Below are positions 8,386-13,477 of a stretch of 13,477 nt of DNA, one piece after another. The position numbers were made by a program, and so were the translations under genes. This DNA is from Spirochaetales bacterium (lineage in GTDB: Bacteria > Spirochaetota > Spirochaetia > SZUA-6 > DRHE01): assembly GCA_030604195.1 (NCBI GenBank), contig JAUVWI010000091.1:1-13477 (forward strand), given 5' to 3'. Within the stretch, counting starts at the first letter, position 1. Each line of letters begins with the position of its first letter. Below the pieces are notes generated by a model, which saw only the letters and a list, made by a program, of their open reading frames with translations, had not been told where the DNA came from and ran no database searches.

Positions 8386-9483
8386 ATGAAAACTTTTTAT
8401 AAAATAATTACCGCTGCCCTGCTGGCTTTTCTTGTTCTCCCCCTATGGGGGGAGAACTCCATTACAGCAAAGATGGAGCTCTATAATTCAACAGGAAGAC
8501 TTAAGGCAGATAACTGGTATTCCACCGGCATAGGAATCGCCTCAATTATTATCAACCAGAAAGGCAACAGAAATGTTAAATCCCAGATTAAATTAAGCGC
8601 GGTAATGCCCGATCCCACTGGTGATAATCCTATTTATTTTGATATTTCCAGGGCCTATGTAAAATTCCGCTTCCCGAGAATCAGAGCTGTAATCGGAAAG
8701 GCGCCCTTCTCCTGGGGGGAGGGGCTGGTCTTTAATGCCGGAGATGTAATTTTCGGCGGTTCAGCCTTGAACACAAATCTGATGCAGTCGGAGTTCCTCG
8801 ATATTGCAACCTGGCTGACAACCCTGTATTACCCCCTCGGCAATTTCAGCTACCTCGAAAGCATAGCAATTTCACCGGATGTTATGTCAGACAGTATTGA
8901 TATAACCACGGGCGGGGGAAGAGTGGTAACAAAGCTGGGCAATACAAAACTGGAATCAGGCTACATCTATGACGGCCTTCAGGATGCCCATAAACCCTAT
9001 ATGACCCTACAGGGCAACCTCTATCTGGACTGGCATCTGTCAGCCACGGCAGCTCTGCCAACCGGCAATGCTTTAACCCCTTCATTTGAAGAGAGCCTTG
9101 TGATTACCGCCGGCATCTACTCTTTGGTCCGCATAGGCTATGATGGAACCCTGAACTACAGGCTTGAAGCCATGATCAAGCCATACGAGAAATGGAATGA
9201 GTATTCAGCAGCCACTGAATCCGAAGTGTATGGTATCTATCTATATCCGGAATTCTCTTACTCTTTCAACTCCGGTATGGCGCTGATGCTGCGGGGCTTT
9301 GTTTCCCCGGTTGACCTCTCTGCCGTGGCAATCCCCGGGTTTTCCTGGAATGTGTTCCAGGGATTTAATCTGTTGGGATTTGCAGCATTTTACATAGGCG
9401 AGCCGGACGATACTTATGCATGGGAGCCTGAAACAGGCAGCGGCGGATTTGCGCTGATGGCAGGTGTATCGGTTACCTATTGA
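8386..9483 (+). CDS. Outer-membrane beta-barrel protein (terminal gene of operon)
   Basis: Signal peptide MKTFYKIITAALLAFLVLPLWG. Amphipathic alternating-residue segments run throughout. The C-terminus ...ALMAGVSVTY ends in an aromatic residue with alternating hydrophobics, the classic OMP C-terminal signature. Confidence 0.55.
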   Translation: MKTFYKIITAALLAFLVLPLWGENSITAKMELYNSTGRLKADNWYSTGIGIASIIINQKGNRNVKSQIKLSAVMPDPTGDNPIYFDISRAYVKFRFPRIRAVIGKAPFSWGEGLVFNAGDVIFGGSALNTNLMQSEFLDIATWLTTLYYPLGNFSYLESIAISPDVMSDSIDITTGGGRVVTKLGNTKLESGYIYDGLQDAHKPYMTLQGNLYLDWHLSATAALPTGNALTPSFEESLVITAGIYSLVRIGYDGTLNYRLEAMIKPYEKWNEYSAATESEVYGIYLYPEFSYSFNSGMALMLRGFVSPVDLSAVAIPGFSWNVFQGFNLLGFAAFYIGEPDDTYAWEPETGSGGFALMAGVSVTY

Positions 9484-9504
9484 AAAACTGCACCAGCTGT
9501 TCGC

Positions 9505-10575
9505 TCACTTGGGGGGCGGCCCCCAATAGTTGTCCTGGAGGTTGTTGCTGTACCTAACATTGCCAATGATGATAGAACCCCATTCACATACCCAGATCAC
9601 TATCTTTCCGCTGTGGCGGATAGTGGAGTTTATGAGCTTTACATGAACGGGCTCGTACTGTTTATTCGTGAACAAAACCAGGTTTGCCAGGATTTCCCCA
9701 CCGCCACCATACTCAATAACGACATGGTCCAGTACATTATCCACATGGTTGGGTTGTAGAACAGGACACCGCCCCAAGAACCGTTCTGTTTAACCTCTCC
9801 GGTTAAGAGCACGGGAGCCGACCCGGTACCCCGGGCTTTCAGGGCCCCACCGATGGACATGCCCTTGTTCTGTTGAAACACGAGCTGTGCCCCCGGATCG
9901 ATTGTCAGGATCATCTCCGGATTCACATTGAGCCCGCCCAGCAGGCACCGTTACTGTTTCCGGTGATTGTATTGTTTTTGAACTATGGAAGAACGGCCTG
10001 AATACAGCAGTTCAGTCCCAGTCCTGCGCTTTCCCTCAGAGTACAGTTGTTTATTGAGACCCGGCTGCCCACGGTGGTGTTCGTGGTAAGGGATAGATTT
10101 GCCGGAATACCGAAGGCGGGAGGATCGCTTCCGCCGTACTCAATTGTGACGTACTCGAGAATATTCTTGTAGTTGTCGGAATTGTGGAAGTTAACCCCGA
10201 ACCAGAATCCCCTAATCTTCTCCTGCCCGGTCATGAGTATGGGCTGTTGAGCTGTTCCACGGGCAACCAGCGTACCTTCCACATAGAAACCCATGTGCTG
10301 TTTAAAGGCCAGAATGGTTCCCGGTTCGATAGTCATGGTAACCCCCGCCGGGATGTGGAACATCCCCGCTACCACATATTTCCCTTCTTGATAGTGATGT
10401 CTCTTGGAACAAAACCACCGGCTAAAACGTTTGAGATTGTGCCGCCTGATAGCTTCTGAGCAACCCCGGTAGTTTCCCCGCCGGACTTCCGGACACTTGG
10501 TACAGCCTGTGGAGGAGTCCCAACCTTGGGCGCAGGTTGAATCAGCCTGCTCAGCTCCTTATCGAGTCCGGCCAA
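9505..10575 (-). pseudogene. Right-handed parallel beta-helix repeat protein, disrupted by multiple frameshifts and an in-frame stop
   Basis: Four consecutive minus-strand ORF fragments (10369-10575, 9983-10375, 9639-9926, 9505-9777) carry the same ~70-aa repeat. Examples are ...ITIKKG-KYVVAGMFHIPAGVTMTIEPGTILAF...GTAQQPILMTG...WFGVNFHNSDNYKNILEYVTIEYGG and ...ILTIDPGAQLVF...GTGSAPVLLTG...WGGVLFYNP-NHVDNVLDHVVIEYGGGG. Two junctions are repaired by restoring one A in an A-run: ggaaa(a)tatg near 10383-10389 and ccaa(a)cc in the 9640-9777 overlap of the last two fragments. A further junction needs a G removed from a G-run and/or removal of a TAG. Confidence 0.55.
9509..9526. terminator. GC hairpin TTGGGGG-GCGG-CCCCCAA between convergent genes
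   Basis: A 7-bp perfect stem with a 4-nt loop, 26 nt after the beta-barrel stop. There is no adjacent U-tract on either strand, so intrinsic-terminator status is doubtful. It overlaps the last codons (GPPPK) of the minus-strand beta-helix fragment. Confidence 0.3.
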
Positions 10576-10587
10576 TGGATGACCGTT

Positions 10588-10938
10588 TCAGACAATCTTT
10601 CCCTTGTGAACGATGAAAGCGTGAGGGATGCCCCGCACACTGAAGGCACTCATATAGACAGCGCTGCTCAGGTTGGAACGATCGATGGCTACTCTGCAAT
10701 CCATCACGGAGCCCATGGCCCGCACAAACTCCTCAACCACCGGGATTTCCTCCCCCGAAATCCCGATGACTGTTACATCGCCGCTAAACTTCTTTTGAAT
10801 TTTCGTTAAATGGGGAATACTCTGCCGGCACGGAGGGCACCAGGTTCCCCAGAACTCCACCACGTAGAAGTGATCTTTCTCAAACTGATCTCTAAGCCTT
10901 AGTCCTGAGCATGATTTAAAGGTTGCATCTAAAAAAGC
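10588..10938 (-). pseudogene. Thioredoxin-fold thiol:disulfide oxidoreductase (TlpA/ResA-like), N-terminally truncated
   Basis: The ORF 10588-10863 contains FWGTWCPPCR (CxxC) and a C-terminal GIPHAFIVHKGKIV. The same frame stays open upstream to a stop at 10939-10941, giving AFLDATFKSCSGLRLRDQFEKDHFYVVEFW. This aligns with the APDF.L.DL.GK.V.LSD.KGKVVL.NFW region of TlpA-family proteins. No ATG, signal peptide or TM lies upstream; only internal GTGs could start translation. The truncation point coincides with the start of the AT-rich island. Confidence 0.5.
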
Positions 10939-10990
10939 CTATAAACGCGTAGAATCTTTGTTGAAACAATCAGAATAGATGCTTTAAAAA

Positions 10991-11242
10991 ATGGAAAATA
11001 TTTGCTTTAATTTACTTTTTATCCCGATAGGTTTATTAATACTGATAATTTTCTTTTCAGTATATTTCAAATATACCGGATACCAAACCCGAATAAAATA
11101 TCTTGAAAGTGCTCTTAGAAAAATAAAGAAAAGAGCTGAAAGTAATGATGATGAGCAATTTAAAGAAAAATTAACAAAAAAATCGATTATTAAAATCGCA
11201 GAGAGTTCTCTTGATGATGTCTATTCAGAATGGGAGGAATAA
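10991..11242 (+). CDS. Small membrane protein (one N-terminal TM helix, charged C-terminal tail), hypothetical
   Basis: MENICFNLLFIPIGLLILIIFFSVYF forms the TM helix, followed by a K/E-rich tail. No SD is present. A TTGAAA (10961-10966)-N17-TTAAAA motif ends 1 nt before the ATG, so the transcript would be leaderless or the start lies elsewhere. The region is very AT-rich. Confidence 0.3.
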   Translation: MENICFNLLFIPIGLLILIIFFSVYFKYTGYQTRIKYLESALRKIKKRAESNDDEQFKEKLTKKSIIKIAESSLDDVYSEWEE

Positions 11243-11340
11243 CCACCCTAGCCTACCACTGCGGCACCTGGCGAAGGTAGCCTCCCCGGCGCCGACCGGA
11301 TCCCCGGGAGCAGGAGGATCTCCGAGTCGCGGCTAGAGAG
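11243..11340. other. Visibly GC-rich palindrome-dense block embedded in the AT-rich island, apparently non-coding
   Basis: Strikingly GC-rich against its AT-rich surroundings (judged by eye, not computed). It contains CGGCGCCG (11287-11294), GGATCC (11298-11303), CCCGGG (11303-11308), GGAGGATCTCC (11313-11323), the outer inverted repeat CTAGCC (11249-11254)/GGCTAG (11330-11335) and the inner repeat CTACC/GGTAG. No plausible ORF was found in any frame. Confidence 0.3.
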
Positions 11341-11360
11341 TAAAATGTGTGTATATGTGC

Positions 11361-11396
11361 TTGAAATATTGGTTTTGATCCGATAAACTATATAGT
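11361..11396 (+). promoter_or_regulatory. Putative promoter of the acidic-protein/aspartic-protease cassette
   Basis: One reading is TTGAAA (11361-11366)-N17-TAAACT (11384-11389). The alternative is TTGGTT-N16-TATAGT (11391-11396), the same -10 hexamer as the GntR promoter. An AAAGGAGG SD at 11407-11414 lies 7 nt before a GTG start at 11422. Confidence 0.35.
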
Positions 11397-11421
11397 GGGT
11401 TAACTAAAAGGAGGCAATTGA

Positions 11422-11655
11422 GTGTTAGATAAAGAGTTCCAATATTATCTTGATCATCAAGCAGCCCTCGTTGAAAAGTATGAGAATAAGTATATCGTGA
11501 TTGTTGATGAAAATATCATCGGCGCTTACAATTCAGAAAGAGAGGCTTTCGATAATACTGTTGTTGATCATGAAATAGGTACTTTCTTAATACAATTTTG
11601 TACATCCGGAGAAAACTCATATACAGAGGTCTTCCACTCCAGGGTTGTCATATGA
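11422..11655 (+). CDS. Small highly acidic protein (77 aa), hypothetical; first gene of a two-gene cassette
   Basis: GTG start with a strong SD. It has 14 D/E against 5 K/R. The motif KYIVIVDENIIGAYNSEREAFD is reminiscent of small DUF-type partner proteins; this is recollection only and was not verified. The protease gene begins 33 bp downstream. Confidence 0.55.
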   Translation: MLDKEFQYYLDHQAALVEKYENKYIVIVDENIIGAYNSEREAFDNTVVDHEIGTFLIQFCTSGENSYTEVFHSRVVI

Positions 11656-11688
11656 ATCAGCAGAATAGTTGCTTAGGAAAAGTCAATT

Positions 11689-12264
11689 TTGTTAAAAAAT
11701 GTTGATAACCCTCCACCGATAGCCTTTACATATATCTATAACGGCAAAGCACGAGATTTAAGAACAAAAATTGGTATAAGTGAATACAAAAAAGATACAA
11801 TTAAGCGCCAACCGGCATTTAATGGCATAGCAATCTGGGATACTGGAGCAACTGCTTCAGTAATCACTGCTAAAGTTGCTTCAGAATTAGGCCTTATTCC
11901 AATAGGTAAAACTAATGTTCGTGGAGCAAACATTACTAAAATATCTAACGTTTACTTGGTCAATATTTATTTGCCAAATCGAGTTCAAGTCGTAGGCGTG
12001 AGAGTAACTGAAATTGATGAAATCACAGGTAATTTTGATGTATTAATTGGAATGGATATAATAACCCTTGGCGATTTTGCAGTTACTTCAAAAAGTAATA
12101 TTACAAAAATAAGTTATCAAATGCCCTCTACACATGACATTGACTTTGTTATAGAAAATAAAAGGATCGCAAAAGATACTAGAATAATGGCAAAATTAAA
12201 AAAAGATCGAGCTGAGTACAATAAAGCCAAGCAAAAAACAAAGAAAAAAAGGAAACGCAGATAG
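11689..12264 (+). CDS. Retropepsin-like (clan AA) aspartic peptidase with poly-basic C-terminal tail
   Basis: Active-site motif AIWDTGATASVI (D-T-G-A). The downstream hydrophobic-hydrophobic-Gly motif FDVLIGMDIITLGDFAV is typical of the retropepsin fold. There is a single catalytic Asp per chain, so the enzyme would work as a dimer. Fourteen of the last 23 residues are K/R (KLKKDRAEYNKAKQKTKKKRKRR). The start is uncertain: TTG at 11689 or GTG at 11701, with no clear SD. Confidence 0.7.
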   Translation: MLKNVDNPPPIAFTYIYNGKARDLRTKIGISEYKKDTIKRQPAFNGIAIWDTGATASVITAKVASELGLIPIGKTNVRGANITKISNVYLVNIYLPNRVQVVGVRVTEIDEITGNFDVLIGMDIITLGDFAVTSKSNITKISYQMPSTHDIDFVIENKRIAKDTRIMAKLKKDRAEYNKAKQKTKKKRKRR

Positions 12265-12328
12265 CAATCTTGCCGAATCTCCCATGACCGACCAGGACCG
12301 CATATATCTTTCTAAACGCTACATATAG

Positions 12329-12523
12329 GATCTGCTGCAGGAGCTCCCCGACAAAATCAATGCCTATGAGTGGCAGGATCTGCGCTTGGTTGTTTACTCT
12401 AGCCGGGAGAAAAGGGAGATAGGGTTTACCAGGGAAGAATTGATGGACGACTGCCCGGAAGCAAGGGAGCGGATTAAGGAGAAGGCGGTGGTGTGGAAGA
12501 AGAGGTTATTTTCCTATGTATAG
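12329..12523 (+). pseudogene. C-terminal remnant of an unidentified gene (no start codon), slightly GC-richer than the island
   Basis: The frame opens just after a stop at 12326-12328 and encodes DLLQELPDKINAYEWQDLRLVVYSSREKREIGFTREELMDDCPEARERIKEKAVVWKKRLFSYV*. The sequence is protein-like and charged, but the only Met is internal and no upstream exon exists. A further in-frame-shifted tail SRELIKEYQKHFKKNQ* follows. The 3' end overlaps the convergent DUF4145 gene. Confidence 0.3.
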
Positions 12524-13082
12524 CAGGGAACTCATAAAGGAATATCAGAAGCATTTCAAGAAAAACCAGTAACTCTTGAGCATCATCCAAAGTCATGTCG
12601 GCTATTTCATGTGTTGCTTCATTTCCTTTTTTCCGAATATGGTCTACCCAATCTTTGCCGTCAGGAGGGACATATCCTTTCTCAGACAAGTATTGTACGT
12701 ATTCTGCGAATTTCTGATTAGGTCTTGCTCCCTTCGCAACAGCAATGTTCATTATCAGTTTTCTGCTGCACAGAACTGCTGCTGTATAGCAACTAGAGCT
12801 TATGCATCTTCTAGCTTCGCCGTACATATTCCTAACTTGTTCATTGTCGATGTGTTCAATATCTCGACCTACCATCGGACCGGGGAACTGATTCCCACTT
12901 GGATCGAAGTAATTCGGGTTATTACAAAGATGACACAAGCAAATATAAGCATGTTTACCAGACGATGTTTTAGCATGGAATCCCTCCTTTGACGCGATTT
13001 GAACTCCACAGTGCCCACATGTGAGAATCTTCGAACTGAAATTTACCTTATTCTCCCAAGTCAAATTCCAACGGCGAACCAT
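12474..13082 (-). CDS. Zn-ribbon + DUF4145-domain protein (defence-island-associated family)
   Basis: N-terminal CGHCG...(19)...CLCHLC is a zinc ribbon. The C-terminal region NMYGEARRCISSSCYTAAVLCSRKLIMNIA...VDHIRKKGNEATHEIADMTLDDAQELLVFLEMLLIFLYEF matches my memory of the DUF4145 signature (EA..C...G.Y.AA...R..LE ... IR..GN.A.H ... LL.YLY). An 18-aa low-complexity tail (…SSSTPPPSP) is read from the antisense of the neighbouring remnant. Confidence 0.65.
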   Translation of the reverse strand: MVRRWNLTWENKVNFSSKILTCGHCGVQIASKEGFHAKTSSGKHAYICLCHLCNNPNYFDPSGNQFPGPMVGRDIEHIDNEQVRNMYGEARRCISSSCYTAAVLCSRKLIMNIAVAKGARPNQKFAEYVQYLSEKGYVPPDGKDWVDHIRKKGNEATHEIADMTLDDAQELLVFLEMLLIFLYEFPAIHRKITSSSTPPPSP

Positions 13083-13304
13083 TCATTCCCACTTTTGGCT
13101 ATTCGGTACGATTTCGCAATCCTTAGTTGTCTTCCGGCGAAATGACTTCTCATTGATAAATGGTTTTACCATTTCGAACCGATCCATCATCTCTAGTAGT
13201 AGCCGTTCCCAGCTAATTCTACCGCGCTGACTACGCCGACTCAACCCTCCGTTAACCATTTTACTTAGTCCTGCTTTATTGTACCGCTCATTGAAACACC
13301 TCAA
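13083..13304 (-). CDS. Small basic hypothetical protein immediately upstream of, and in frame with, the DUF4145 gene
   Basis: The ORF begins at a TTG (13304). A more plausible ATG lies at 13259 with an AGGA 9 nt upstream, giving MVNGGLSRRSQRGRISWERLLLEMMDRFEMVKPFINEKSFRRKTTKDCEIVPNSQKWE. It ends TGA|ATG directly abutting the DUF4145 start: stop 13083-13085, ATG 13082-13080, same frame. Confidence 0.35.
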   Translation of the reverse strand: MRCFNERYNKAGLSKMVNGGLSRRSQRGRISWERLLLEMMDRFEMVKPFINEKSFRRKTTKDCEIVPNSQKWE

Positions 13305-13359
13305 AAGCTAATGATAGAGCTCAATCAAATATTTCTCCTAACTACTATGCATGCTTATG

Positions 13360-13443
13360 CTCAGGATTTTAAAATCCTCAGGATTCCGGTAAATCCTTAG
13401 TATAACGCACGAATTTTGGATTTGCGGCCTAAATCCTGAGGAT
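13360..13443. repeat. Array of four AAATCCTNAG motifs (two as perfect odd-centre palindromes AATCCT-N-AGGATT) in the upstream region of the minus-strand DUF4145 unit
   Basis: Copies are CTCAGGATTT (13360-13369, inverted), AAATCCTCAG (13372-13381), AAATCCTTAG (13391-13400) and AAATCCTGAG (13431-13440). The palindromes are AATCCTCAGGATT at 13373-13385 and ATCCTGAGGAT at 13433-13443, centres ~57 bp apart. They lie 100-185 bp upstream of the first gene of the unit, at the window edge. Confidence 0.4.
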
Positions 13444-13477
13444 AATCATTTGGTCACCTGAGCCCGCTAAGTTTTGC

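Noticed and set aside
3633-9085. Antisense or alternative-frame ORFs inside operon genes (3633-3890, 4101-4286, 4685-4891, 5052-5321, 5468-5734, 5927-6130, 6254-6535, 6566-7042, 6978-7205, 8882-9085)
   Set aside because: All are embedded in well-supported plus-strand CDSs with coupled starts and stops. They have no RBS or motifs, and most are hydrophobic mirror frames of membrane proteins.
10184-10809. Plus-strand ORFs 10184-10459 and 10537-10809
   Set aside because: They are antisense to the beta-helix and thioredoxin-like fragments, whose frames carry recognisable repeats and a CxxC motif. These plus-strand frames carry none.
11298-11308. GGATCCCCGGG (BamHI-SmaI) resembling a pUC/pBluescript multiple-cloning-site fragment, possibly vector contamination
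   Set aside because: Only 11 bp match, with loose similarity in the flanks (GCCGAC, CTAGAG). No contiguous vector sequence is present. The surrounding block is a natural-looking nest of GC palindromes, so the match is judged coincidental.
11736-11933. Minus-strand 65-aa ORF inside the protease gene
   Set aside because: It is antisense to the DTGA-containing frame and has no independent support.
10942-12319. Shared 7-mer TAAACGC at 10942-10948 and 12313-12319 as a direct-repeat att core or target-site duplication flanking the island
   Set aside because: A 7-bp match between two ~100-bp AT-rich regions is expected by chance roughly half the time, and the flanks do not extend the repeat.
12576-13230. 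Plus-strand ORFs 12576-12992 and 13021-13230
   Set aside because: They are antisense to the DUF4145 gene and its upstream ORF. The translations are Cys/Phe-rich and low-complexity.

Overview
This 13.5-kb window comes from a diderm (Gram-negative-type) bacterium that uses Shine-Dalgarno sites; taxonomy is otherwise unknown. GC content is heterogeneous, roughly 42-50% overall, by eye and not computed.

Left arm, minus strand: an ABC-F tandem-ATPase gene (160-1794). Next to it is a decayed long-chain acyl-CoA synthetase relic (1945-2746) with a large in-frame internal deletion plus a frameshift.

Centre: one intact, tightly packed seven-gene plus-strand operon (2958-9483). It encodes a short YtrA-like GntR regulator, an SPFH/stomatin membrane protein with an unusual three-helix N-terminus, a MacB/LolD-type ABC ATPase, two paralogous FtsX-type permeases, a LolA-like periplasmic protein and an outer-membrane beta-barrel. 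No membrane-fusion protein is encoded, so the operon looks like a self-contained LolCDE/LolA-style trafficking route. It is driven by a near-consensus sigma70 promoter covered by a dense array of TACWAT palindromic half-sites.

Right arm, minus strand: a parallel beta-helix repeat gene (9505-10575) broken by at least three or four lesions. Beside it is a thioredoxin-fold (TlpA/ResA-like, WCPPC) gene truncated at its N-terminus exactly where a visibly AT-rich island begins (about 10.94-12.33 kb; GC judged by eye only).

The island carries a small membrane-protein ORF, a ~100-bp GC-rich palindrome-dense block, and the most interesting element: a two-gene cassette of a 77-aa highly acidic protein followed by a retropepsin-like (D-T-G-A) aspartic protease with a poly-K/R tail. 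No retroelement genes are present in the window.

Beyond the island lie a C-terminal gene remnant (plus strand) and, on the minus strand, a Zn-ribbon+DUF4145 (defence-island-type) gene. That gene is preceded by a small ORF from which it is separated only by an in-frame TGA. Four copies of an AAATCCTNAG motif sit at the window edge.

No rRNA, tRNA or CRISPR was found.
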